Origin: Epiperipatus broadwayi
Taxonomy: Eukaryota; Animalia; Onychophora
DNA length: 64,000 nt
Reading direction: 5' to 3'
Assembly (NCBI GenBank): GCA_028023455.1
Contig: JAQFVV010000001.1
Location: 7,068,001 to 7,132,000 of the forward strand
Below are positions 1-11,849 of the stretch, in pieces. The position numbers and the translations under genes are program-made. The notes beneath the pieces were generated by a model. It was not told the origin of the DNA. It was given only the letters and a program-made list of their open reading frames with translations, and did no database searches. Position 1 is the first letter of the stretch. Each line of letters opens with the position of its first letter.

Positions 1-15
1 TTAAAAAAGTATTGT

Positions 16-196
16 AATAACAAAAAAAATAATAAATATAACTATTATATACAGTCTTTGAATCTGCAGAAGTATTTTCGGTTAATTCCTTAACCTTCCT
101 CAACTGCCGTTAAGGAATTAACTTAAGTACTTCTGCAGATTGAAAGACTGTGTATAATAGTTAATTATGGTTATATTTATTAGTTTTATTGTTATT
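16..196. repeat. Fold-back hairpin / MITE-like inverted repeat, ~80-bp arms, 14-nt loop
   Basis: Left arm ...atacagtctttgaatctgcagaagtattttcggttaattccttaac (ends 94) pairs with gttaaggaattaacttaagtacttctgcagattgaaagactgtgtat... (starts 109); loop 95-108. Confidence 0.85.
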
Positions 197-1028
197 ATAT
201 ATATATAACAAGGGCAAATATTCTATAAGAGAAATTCTTAATATTTGAAAATATGACTAATAATTTTTTATTACACATTAAAATTTTTCCCATGCTTAAT
301 TTTTTTTTTGTCTAAGCTTCTTCTGTACTATAATCTTTTTAATATTTTTCTTCTCTCATTTTAATTTTTTCTAATCATTTATTCCACTTGTCTTAGTCCT
401 ATTCTATTATAATCATGAAATCTGACTCACCATGCATCATTCAAATTTGAGTCAAGTATTTTTTACAAATTTTTGGTTTCTAAGTAGTAAGACTTCCCAC
501 ATTTTATTTAATTAAGATCTAGGTTTATATTTTGTATAGTAAGTTTGAATTCCTCTGTTATATATTATAAATTTCATAGTAAATATTTTTAGCAAAAAAA
601 TTTTTTTAAATGTAAAATCATTTCTTTGATTAATAATTATTGTATAAATTATTCAAAAAATATATATATTCTTTAAGTCATAACTCTTCATTATCATTAT
701 TTCAATCTCATGTTTTCTGAAATTATGATTTAAAAATATATATTGAACCGGAGACTTTTTTCACTTTAAAAATCAACCATTCTAAAATCAAACTAAAAGT
801 TATATCTATAAAGATTTTAAAAAGAAAGAAAATTTTATTTAAAATTTTTTTATACATGCCATAACACACATACTCAATTATAAATGGAAATCATAAAAAT
901 ATTTTGCTTTAAAAGAGTTTTGATTGAGATAATTTTTTTTTTGTTTCATTTTGTTTTAATCTATTTTAAAAGAAGAGACTTATTTTCGAATTTATTAAAA
1001 GTGATATTAAAACAACAAGAGAGAAGGT

Positions 1029-1170
1029 AAAGAATAGCCCTGGTTCAATTTTTAATTAAGATCTAGTGAGAGATAAAGAATAGTCCTGGTTAAAACTTTT
1101 AATTATGATCTGGTAGGAGATAAATACTAGCCCCAGTTAGAATTTAAGATCTGGTGGGAGATAAAAATAG
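1029..1170. repeat. Degenerate tandem repeat, ~46-47 bp x3
   Basis: Units aaagaatagccctggtt...agatctagtgagagat start at 1029, 1075 and 1122. Confidence 0.75.
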
Positions 1171-1260
1171 TATATAAAAGTTCTTTTTTTTTATTGCCTA
1201 TTATATATTTTCTAATTTGCAGACTGCTGATGTTTTATATTTGCTATTTGCTAATTGTGG

Positions 1261-2024
1261 ATTAGTAATAATTGAAAGGTTGCTAGTCTTTCATATGCGC
1301 CTACCATTGTCTCTCAGACAGCCAATCAGATTTTAAACAGCTGCCTTAAAAATGATCAGGCCTTGACACATGACAGAGATTTTGATAAGAAAAGGATGAT
1401 ACCAACCTTTTCTCTACTTAACTTTTTATATATATAAGCCAGTCTTAAGCATCTTGGCCTGAAAGCTTGAAGATATAAACATATTCATTTATTACTCACT
1501 GAGTTTTTAATTTACGATATTACAGCACGAAATCTTAGATTTACTACACCGCAATTTTCTAGATGTTAATATAATTTATCAGCAACGTATGTAAATAACA
1601 TTTGTCTAAATCGCATGTTGTTATTAAATTAGTAATAATTGAAAGGTTGCTAGTCTTTCACATGTGCCTACCATTGTCACTCAGACAGCCAATCAGATTT
1701 TAAACAGCTGTCTTAAGAACGATCAGGCTGTAATATCGTAAATTAAAAACTCGGTGAGTAATAAATGAATATGTTTATATCTTCAAGCTTTCAGGCCAAG
1801 ATGCTTAAGACTGGTTTATATATATAAAAAGTTAAGTAGAGAAAAGGTTGGTATCATCCTTTTCTTATCAAAATCTCTGTCATGTGTCAAGGCCTAATCG
1901 TTCTTAAGACAGCTGTTTAAAATCTGATTGGCTATCTGAGAAACAATGGTAGGTGCATGTGAAAGACTAGCAACCTTTCAATTATTACTAATTTAATAAC
2001 AACATGCGATTTAGACAAATGTTA
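1261..2024. repeat. Composite nested inverted repeat (A-B-x-D-A'-Brc-Arc-Drc)
   Basis: 1261-1526 is the reverse complement of 1727-1992; 1596-1727 is the reverse complement of 1893-2024. The ~100-bp segment A (attagtaataattgaaagg...gatcagg) is present three times. Confidence 0.9.
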
Positions 2025-3532
2025 ATTGTGGGTTGCGAATTAAGATTTGCATACTAGAAATTGTGAATTGATAATTGCTGATTGTTGTTTTCTTTTTGCT
2101 AATTGCGAAGTCAAGACTAGAAGATTGCTAATTGTGCATTACCGATTATTACTTACTGATTGCTAACTGCTAAAAAACCAAAAAAATAAAAAAGAAGAGA
2201 ATACACTTATTGTTGGAGATAGCAACCGTCAATTCAAAATGCAAAAACTACTATCTTCAGAGAAATAGATCATAAGTATGCAGTCCTAAAAGCATTCCAA
2301 GATGAACCTCGAAGCCCAAAATTGTGTCATCAGTAACATGTCCTAATTACCTAGTCATGACTGATCCTGAAGGTTGCCTTCATAGTCCACAACCAGATTA
2401 CTGGAGATCCAAAACCATCGTAATGTCCTCCCGATAGAACTAAACCTTGCGCACACTGCTGGAATAAATCAGAGGAACAACTGAAGTCTGGAAAGTAACT
2501 GAACATTTTTTTATTTTAACCAGGATTTAAATCTCTAAACTTTATAGTCAAAAAAAAGAACATGAACATATGATAGGCTTTTGAGTAGGAATTTAGATAT
2601 TATTAGTAATATATAAATATTTCTTTTATTAGATGTTTTTTTTTTAAAAAAAAAAAAACCCCATAAATTGTAGATAATCAGTTCCAGATTTTAATTTTTG
2701 TCACTTTGTCAGAGAATGGTATTTTTATATATATATATATATTATTAATTGTTGTTAAATGCTTTGGCAGAGAATAGTTGTTTTTTTTTATATCACCTGT
2801 CCCTTTGCGTTTAAAAGTAATTTAGTTTAATATGTATTTACATTTCCCGCAGACTGTGGATCTTTCAGCTAATGATTTATCGATTATATAGTTCTGTTTT
2901 TCTTGCAGGCCATAGAGATTTTGAGATTTCCTTTTTATTTATTATATTAAAGATTAAGAAGTTATAATCTTGTCCCTTTTCTTGTATGGGGTAACCTTAA
3001 GGTTCGTATAGTAAATGCAAGCCCTTATGAGTGTTTAAGGATCATATGACATCCTTGTTTTTGTCCCAATGCATCTTTCCCAGGTTAAGAAATGATCGTG
3101 CTGCACTGTTCATTAACTTCTGTCCAAGATAATCTTTATTAAAATCTCTTTGAGAAAGGAAGGTGGGAGTTGAGGTAATAAATCACTGTTCTGAAGGTCA
3201 TACAAAGTTCTATAAATTTAGATGAGAAGGCCAAACTTATCTGCCGATGTGTTTGGTACACCACGATGTCAATTGCACTCTCAGACAAATAAGGTTAGGA
3301 ATTTGAGTCAAACTTTTTATTTTTTTTATTTTTATTTTTTTGATTAATATTTTTGAATTTAATAAAATTTAAGAATTATTAACAATTACATTTGTTTCTG
3401 CATCCTGTCATTCAATTGTCTGAACAACGTTTAAGATCTCTTTCTCTCCCTGGGTCTAGCTGGTAGCATTTATTTCAGAATATGTATTATAACTTAACTT
3501 TTTGATCACCATAAATCAAATTTTCGACGTGG

Positions 3533-5352
3533 TGTGATGCACTGTGACTTTTCCTTATACGGAATCAGGAATCTCTCAGCAACTATGCCCAGAGAAACCT
3601 GTTAGCCACTTTACCTTCCCTTTCCATTTCCCACTCTAAGTTTCTCCTTATCCTGCTTCATTCCATTTCCACAACATAATCTTTGTCAACTTCATAGCCT
3701 TCATATCTAAATCCCCCTTATCTGTTCCCAAACCCAGCATAAAAACTAATAACCCACTTTCTGTATAATCACTTTGTTAATATTTAGCCTTCCATAATTT
3801 CATTATTTGTACCCTTTCTGCCTTCAAGCATTTACATTGAATCAACAGATGCCTAATATTTTCTATGCCTTCTTCACACAACTTACAGACTAAATCACCC
3901 ATATTTTTCCATTTGTGTGTATATTCCCTTGTTGCTAAAGATCCCATTCGAGCCTTAAACAGTGAACTATTTTCCTTGCTATTATCATAAATTAACTCGC
4001 ACCCAGTGTTCCGTTTACTTCTATATATATTTAAACTCTTTTTACTCTCCATACTAGTTCTCCATCTCTCCAACTCCTTATTTTTTATTAATGCATCTAT
4101 TCTTCTATCCCATTCCTTTCCACTATAACACTCAACAATCCTCCTAACACATTCATCCCACCTCTTATACAAGTATACTGATATAAATTCTTTATCCAAA
4201 TCTGCATACCGCATTACCTTTCTCACTCATCTTGTTGCCTGCCCTTTACTCATAACTCAATTAAATATTATTTTGGCTATTCTTTTATTATCCATAAACT
4301 GCAATCTACCATACATTTTCATTTTGCTTTTTGCATCTCACATATAAAGACTTGACCATCCATTTCTCCTTGAATTGCCTCCTTTGCTATCCACACATTT
4401 GCATCTCATGCATGTCTTCCTACTTCCCTTTATACTTTTTCTAAGTAATCTAATACCCCTTTACTAACATATAATGCATCATTGCTATATGTTATCCCTG
4501 CTACTGCCACTCCCTTCTATACAATTTTAGCTACATCACATTTATTATATGAAAGATTGTTTATTTCTTTATCAATCGTTTTTTTTCTTTGCTTCATTTA
4601 ACAATTTTTTCTCCCATTCATCCAAGCAATATTTTCTGATTACTCAAAATGATTTCGAAATAACTATATCTATTTACCACACTTAATTTTATATTCCCCA
4701 ATAAAATCTTCTCTTTCCCCAGTATTAACTATCATTATATTTGGTTTTTCTTCACTAAATTTAATCCCCATCTCTTTACCCACCCTTGTGCATGTCCTCA
4801 GCATAACTTCCATATCTTCTCTTCTTTCTGCACACAAAAAGACATTATCTGTAAAAAAAAAAAGACCTCTCAAAGTATAGATTCCCTTGCCATCTATTAA
4901 TGATATCTCTATCCCTAGTCTTTCTATTGCTCTCTCCATTTTACTCAAGTACAACAAAAACAAAATAGGTGACATAGGGTATCCTTGCCTTAGTCCTATC
5001 CCATTTTTAACTTTAACTGATTCTATATTCCCTAATTGATATGTTTAATAATTATTTTCATATAATTTCTTAATAATATCCACTAAAGCTTCATCCATTC
5101 CCGAATTTTCTCAACTTATCCATAATCTATTTGTATTTATGCCTTCTCTATATTTATAAAACTTATATATAACTGTCTACCTGAATTCCTACTTATATCC
5201 ATAAGTTTTGTAACTACAAATAAACTATCTTCTATATGCCTATCTGACCTAAAACCTCCTTGCATTTCCTCCACTAGATTATTTTTTTCCATCCATTTTG
5301 CAACTCTTCCAGCCACCATATAAGATAAAACTTTATATAAAACTGATGTCTA
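3533..5352 (-). mobile_element. 5'-truncated, frameshifted non-LTR retrotransposon (RT + C-terminal CCHC zinc finger), copy 1
   Basis: ORF pieces with RT motifs QGGFRSDR, FINIEKA, QGCPMSPILFLLYL and degenerate FTDN (FADD). C-terminal CKLC...HLLIQC. ~240-bp 3' UTR ending in a short (catca)-like tail. Confidence 0.9.
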
Positions 5353-6878
5353 TGTGATGTGATGCACTATGACTTTTCCTTATACAAAGTTAGGAATCTC
5401 TCAGCAACTGTGTCCAGAGAAACCTGTTAGCCACTTTATCTTCTCTTTCCATTCCCCACCCTAAGATTTTCCATAATCTGTTCCATCCCCTTTCCACAAC
5501 ATATTCTTTGTCAACTACATGGCTTTTGTATCTAAATCCCCCTTATCTTTTTCCAAACCCAACATAAAAATCAATAACCCACTTTCTGTATAATCACTTT
5601 ATTCATATTTATTCTTTCATAATTTCATTATTTGTACCCTTTCTGCTTCCAAGCATTTACATTGAATTAACAGATGCCTAATATTTTTTATGCCTTCCTT
5701 ACACAACTTGCAGACTAAATCACCCATATTTTTCCATTTATGTGTATATTCCCTTGTTCCTAAAGATCCTGTTCGAGCCTTATACAATAAACTACTTTCC
5801 TTACTATTATCATAAATTAACTCTCTCTCTCAATGTTTCGTTTACTTCTATATATATTTAAACTCTTTTTTCTCCTCATACTAGTTCTCCATCTCTCCAA
5901 ATTCCTATTCTTTATTAATGCATCTATTCTTCTATCCCATTCCTTACCACTATAACACTCAACAATTCTCTTAATACAATCATCCCAACTTTTGTACAAA
6001 TATACTGATATAAATTCTTTATCCAAATCTTCTGCATACCACGTTACCTTTCTCACCCATCTTGTTGCCTGTCCTTTACTCGTAACCCAATTAAATACTA
6101 TTTTAGCTATTCTTTTATTATCCATAAACTGCAATCTACTGAACATTTTCATTTTGCTTTTTGCATCTCTCATACAAAATTTTACCATCCCGTTTCTCCT
6201 TGAATTGTCTCCTTTGCTGTCCACATATCTGCATCTAATGCATGTCTTCCTACTTCCCTTTGTACTTTTTCTAAGTAATCTAATACCCCTTTACTAACAC
6301 ACAGCACATCATTGCCATATGTTAACCCTGCTACTGCAACTCCATTCCATACAATTCTAGCTATATCATATTTAGTATATGAAATACTGTTAATTTCTTT
6401 ATCAATCCCTTTCATTTCTTTGCTTTGCTTCATTTATCAATTTTTTCTGTCATTCATCCAAGCAATTTTTCTGATTACTTAAGATGATTCCCAAATAACT
6501 AAATCTATCCACCACACTTAACTTTATATCCCCCAATAAAAATTCTTCGTCTTCTTTTTCCCCAGTATTAACTATCATTATATTCTATTTTTCTTCACTA
6601 AATTTAATCCCATCTCCTCAGGATAACTTCCATATCTTCTCTTCTTTCTGCACACAAAAAGATATCATCTGCAAAAAAAAGTCCCAACAAAGTATATTGC
6701 TCTCTCACTTTCACCCAAATACAACAAAAACAAAATAGGTGACATAGGGCATCCTTGCCTCAGTCTCACCCTATTTTTAACATTAACTGATGTATCCCCT
6801 AATTGATATGTATAATAATTATTTTCATGTAATCTCTTAATAATATCCACTAAGGCTTCATCCATTCCCAAATTTGCT
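5353..6878 (-). mobile_element. 5'-truncated non-LTR retrotransposon of the same family, copy 2
   Basis: Colinear with 3533-5110 and has the same 3' end. RQGCPMSPILFLLYL, FFADDIFLC and VDRFSYLGII motifs; small internal deletions near 6610 and 6690. Confidence 0.9.
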
Positions 6879-6880
6879 AG

Positions 6881-7490
6881 GTTGACAGTGGACTAATGGT
6901 GCCCTTGATGATAAAAAGAAGTGGTGTCCTGTACAATATTGAGAATCACATTATATTTATCAATTATTTTCCCAAGTTACTATACCCTTAAAGTATGTAA
7001 AATTTTATGGTAAAATTAAAACTTTATATTTACCATGAGATAAGGTAATTATAGATAAGAGAATAGAAATTAAGGATAGATTGATAAAATTACACCAAAA
7101 CTTATTAGGAAATTAAAGAAAGGAGAGAGTATCAAGTTGTAAATAGTGAATTCCACATCTTGGAAAAGGTATCAATTTTGTGTGATTTTTATTTTTTAAA
7201 TTCTTTGTTTAAGTATGCTGATGGACTAAGCCATAACATGGGTGGGAATAAGCACAGTGCTTGCAAATCGTAGTTTTGTTGTTAGAAAGCCAAAAAGTGA
7301 AGAATATTTTAATATAATTATTGAGCAGAATAGAAACTATATCATACTGTTTGAATGTGCTCTTTGTCTTCATGACATTATTTACATAGTGAAAGAAAAT
7401 AATGATCTTTGAATAACCAGTATGATTTTGGGACAGGGGGAAATGTGCTTGGATCAACATGTTCAGAAATACAAAAATATCATAAGGACT
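6881..7490 (+). mobile_element. Degenerate piggyBac-like transposase fragment
   Basis: By-eye translations in the expected order: NHIIFINYF (~HxVYFDNYF), KLKKGES, SHNMGGNK (~YNxxMGGVD), K*RIF..LIEQ, and CLDQHVQKYK (cysteine-rich C-terminus). Many stops and frameshifts. Confidence 0.4.
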
Positions 7491-9199
7491 CAAAAATTGT
7501 TTTTTTTAGTGAAAAACATTTAATAGATAGTGGTGATGTTTAAATTTAAGAATAATATAAAGAAACAGTAATTGGGACTGTGATGGATTCTTATGATTTA
7601 TTTACCACATTTCATAATTTTATTTTTACTTTCGATAAATTCCTTTACCCTATTTTTATGCTTTATTACAATATTATTACTATCTTTACTAATAATTTAT
7701 TACTCTATTCTTAAATCATTTCTTGTTATTACTCTAAAATATTAAAATTAGAATAAAGTAATATTTATTACATTTTTTAATTTAGTTTTGCATATAATAA
7801 TATGCTGATTGAAAATTTTTTATTGTTTTATTATATTGAATTAATAATGTCTTTTGGAAAGATATATTATAGCTTATCAAACTAATTTAGAATACAATAT
7901 ATTATTTAATTTGTCAAGTATTTCAAAATAAATTAGAATAATTATAAATATAGTAACAAAGTTAATAATTTATTTTTGTAAGATTTATAATAAAATAATA
8001 TAAATGTTAATACATAATAACAATTACAATATATATATCTAAGTAAATAAAATAATTTTTGGGTTAAACTGTGTGTTAGTATTGCTTAATTCTCAATGTT
8101 TTGATGAAATGGTATCCACCATTGTAAAGGTTAACTTTTCAAAGAAAAGCCATTAGATCTCAAATAGTACCGAGATTGAGTGTTACATAAAGAATGAGAC
8201 TGAGCATGAAGTAGTTGAGCATTCAGAAGATGTGAATTAAAAAAATGTTTATTTTGTTCAGTTTCACCATTAATTGTTTTCAACTTTATATTAGAAGAAA
8301 GAGGTAAAATATGTGGTTTCCATAAGACTGGAATATGTTGGGCTTAATTAGTTGGTCTTTTTAATATTTCAATCGACTCCCTCATGGTTCTCAAATATAT
8401 ATTGTACCAGGTTGTGACCCCTCTTTATCTTTACTGAGTTGAACTTATGTTCTCTTTATTAAAATCTGCTTATCTAATGTATTATTAGTAAATGATATCA
8501 ATGATTAATACATAAAAGAAACATTCGATTTGCCGAGATGGACTTGTAGCAGCCATAGCCTGGAGACAAGTTATTTAAAACTTAAGCTTCCAACAATAAA
8601 AAAGAACAAAATAACAGAGATAGAATATTCTGCCTTAGTTTCTATTAATCACTAATTAATATTTCCCCAAGCAATATATTTATGGATGTCAGCATTTTCC
8701 GACTTGCCAATCCCATGCCTGCATAAGAATTATATTGAAGGGATTTAATGAGAACAATGATAATATATTACTTAATACTGTACTTGGCCACTAGCTAGCT
8801 CAGTTAGGGCGGGTAGTCCTTAGACTGACAGAGATGCGTTATTTTGGAGCAATACACATTAAATTGTTTAATAAAGGAAACATACAAACATTTTAACTAA
8901 ATGAATAACTAAAAAATAACTAAAATAAAAGAAAAAAGTGATAGTGCTCAGTTGTTTAATGGAAATATAAGCATAAATATATATTTTGACAGATTAAATT
9001 TTTGTTGATTACATATATCAAATATTTTATCTTTGCAGTTATCTATATGATTTAATAGAAATAATTACAGGCTATACTATGAAATTAATAATGTGCACAT
9101 ATATACATTTGAAATAAAATATATTGTTACCTTTGGATCCCTGGGAAAATTAGATTGTTCATATTCACTAATAAAGTAAGCTTACTTAATAATGTGATG

Positions 9200-9470
9200 G
9201 CCATGAAGATTGTCTATAAAGAAAGTCTTTGCTTTTAACTTCTGTTGAAATGATAATGAATCCAAATGTTTGACGCAGCGAAGGTGTATGGATGCAGATT
9301 CATGAAGATTGAACACTTATGGAATCATGGAGCAGCTTTGATTTTCTTCGTGGAGCAGTGGGAGTGGAAACCCAGCACGTCTACAGTTTCACCCCAACAA
9401 ACTCATGTCAGCTGATATAGATCAACAAAATTGATAGCAATCACAATAACAGCATAAAATTCGGATCAAT
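9200..9470 (-). mobile_element. Possible Tc1/mariner-type transposase relic
   Basis: Minus-strand frame reads ...IFMNLHPYT...HFNR, resembling the LHPYK motif of IS630/Tc1/mariner transposases; interrupted by stops. Confidence 0.25.
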
Positions 9471-10210
9471 GCAAAAATAAGAATCAGAAGACTCCTTCTT
9501 TATTCTGATTTGGCTATATATTTTTTATTTTTCTAGAAGGTTATTTTTGTCCTCCAGTATTATTTCCCATTACTCCTCCAAAAGTTCTACATTTTAAAAC
9601 TTTATCTTGCATTATCTCATTAATCAGGACACTAAGATTTTAGATCTGTTTCCCTTTGTCTTCAGTTTTTTTCTTACAAAAGAAAAGCTTTTAGCAAGTT
9701 TTTATTCGATTGAAAGTTTCATTAAAGCATTTTAAAAATGAAACATTTTTTAAAAAAATAACTTTCAACAGGATTTACATTCAAAGCATTCCATAGACAA
9801 AAACAAAAGCTGTTTCGTTCTCATATTTTTATCTTATTAAAACAAAATTAGATATGGTAAACTTTATATACATTAGATATTTTTCTAGAATATTCTTTGA
9901 CATGCTATATTTTTTTGAATATATACACACATATACTCCATCAAAACAATTTGAGCACAAGACTCCCTTTCAGACTGCTTTGGTTAATTCTTTCAATCAA
10001 CTGTGTACATTAAAATATATCTACATATGCATGGCTACTTAAACTCCTTTTTACTTTGGAACAGGATTTAAACCTGATCCCTGTTACAATATATAATTTA
10101 AATATTGAAAACCTAAAGCTAAACTAATCAATAAAATCATCAAAATTATCCCAAATTCTAAACTAAACCGAACAAGTCAAAGAAAGTATACTTTAAAACC
10201 CAACCAATAT

Positions 10211-10413
10211 TTTCACTAATATAAACAGACTTCTCAAGAAGTATTAAAGAATTTTTATTATTAAAAATTTATGATTCTGAAGCAATTAACTTGTTTAAAG
10301 GTTTTTTTAGTATTAAGAATATGTGGGAAGTAAATGGAATTGTGATAATATTTAGTATAAATTTGTTATTTTTTAGTCCTTTACACTTGGGAAGTCTGCT
10401 TGTAGCAGTGAAA
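10211..10413. repeat. Old MITE-like inverted repeat, 28-bp arms
   Basis: tttcactaatataaacagacttctcaag (10211-10238) vs reverse complement of cttgggaagtctgcttgtagcagtgaaa (10386-10413); 5 mismatches. Confidence 0.5.
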
Positions 10414-10934
10414 CCATTAATTGTGTGTTAGAGTTTATTTTCTACAGAAAGGCATAATTATTTTATGCTGAAAAAGGCTTTTCTGTGTAATTATAAATAT
10501 ATATTTTTTGTAATCATTACATATTTATATTTATTATAAATTTAGATGGAAAAAAACAGCATAATGGATTTTCTTTATTTCCATTTTTGATGATATTGTA
10601 AGATTTAATACAATGATTTATATTGTTTTTCAAATTACTATTATTATTATTTGTAGATTTGTATTACTCTTTAATATTACTGTTATTTTATTTTACATTT
10701 GCAGTATAATTATATTACATTTTAAAAGTTATAATTATAACAACCTAAGACTTCTATATATAGACAATCTGAAATTAGTATTTAGCAGTAAATCCAGTTA
10801 GAACAAAGGCTGTAGAGAATAGAAGTATTTTAATCGACAGATATAATCATACTGAAATAGCTCTAGAATAGAAATGTATGTATTTAAAAACCTAACATCT
10901 ATTTTATTTGTAATTTTTTTTTAATTTCTAATAG

Positions 10935-11020
10935 GAGATGCAACTTTGTCAAGGCATTCTGGTATTGAAATAAATCAATTACATTTGCAATCTAAAATTG
11001 CCATCACTCCATCTGGTGAG
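10935..11020 (+). CDS. Ilk: Integrin-linked kinase, internal exon (RDATLSRHSGIEINQLHLQSKIAITPSGE)
   Basis: AG acceptor at 10933-34 and GT donor at 11021. Aligns to human ILK [29 protein letters not shown]; phases fit the next exon. Confidence 0.93.
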
Positions 11021-11849
11021 GTATGGAGAAATTTTTTGAAATGTTTGATTTTATTAGTTCTTTATTTATGCAGTAATAGTTATTTAAATTAACTAAAAAA
11101 ATTATGTTTTGTTGTGCACTTGTCTTAAGCATATCTTCATTAATGGACTTGCTCAAACTATAATTTTCTGGATCGAATTTGGTGTACAATATAACTAAGC
11201 AAATAGCAGTGGCATAAACTGGCCAAACATGTATGTAGCTCAATAAATCTTTGAAATTATTTTGGCAGTTATGCATACATACACTATTTGCAAGAAAGCA
11301 ATCAGACATGTTGATAATATGAGTGGAAACTTCTAGCAGAAAATTCTATTATATCTTTTATAAGGAAAGCCAATATGGCAGAAAGTATTAAATTTTATAA
11401 ATTTCAGAGCTTTGCTACAATAGGCCAATTGTAACTGGACAGTGAACTCTTAATTATTGTATATATATTATAACTATAAATATGTGGAATAAATGTTTTG
11501 ATAGTATTTTAATTGTTTCTCATAAATTTATCTACTAGAAAACCTTATTTTCTGACAGGAAAACACAGAAACACAGCAGAATTGATACAATACTAACAGG
11601 CAGAAAGAGAAAAATAGTTAAGTCAGAATTGACATAAATTGGTTTTCTGAAAAAGTTTAGTTAGAGCAATCCTAAAATGTTGATGAAGATAAGTGAATTG
11701 AGATCTCTTCTTGCTAAAAAAAAAAAAATCAAATCAAAAAAGTCAGAATTATAATTAGTGACATTCTATATGATTTTATTTTTTCAGGCAGTCAAAAGCA
11801 AACTATTAATCTTCTAATCTGTGGACTCTTAGGTGATCCTAGCTAAAAC

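Noticed and set aside
2200-2270. TLIVGDSN, like the GDS(L) esterase motif of some LINE ORF1 proteins
   Set aside because: A single short motif followed by a stop; no further SGNH blocks recognised.
2900-2960. tcttgcag followed by G-H-R-D, resembling the ILK ankyrin GHRD
   Set aside because: The sequence after GHRD (FEISFLFII...) has no ILK similarity and reaches a stop; no flanking ankyrin exons were found.
5992-6297. 101-aa plus-strand ORF
   Set aside because: Antisense shadow of the LINE coding region.
8785-8830. A-box-like tagctcagttagg suggesting a tRNA gene
   Set aside because: No B-box or cloverleaf follows; at most a SINE remnant.
11004-11309. 101-aa minus-strand ORF overlapping an Ilk exon end
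   Set aside because: No recognisable domain or splice context; lies antisense within an intron.
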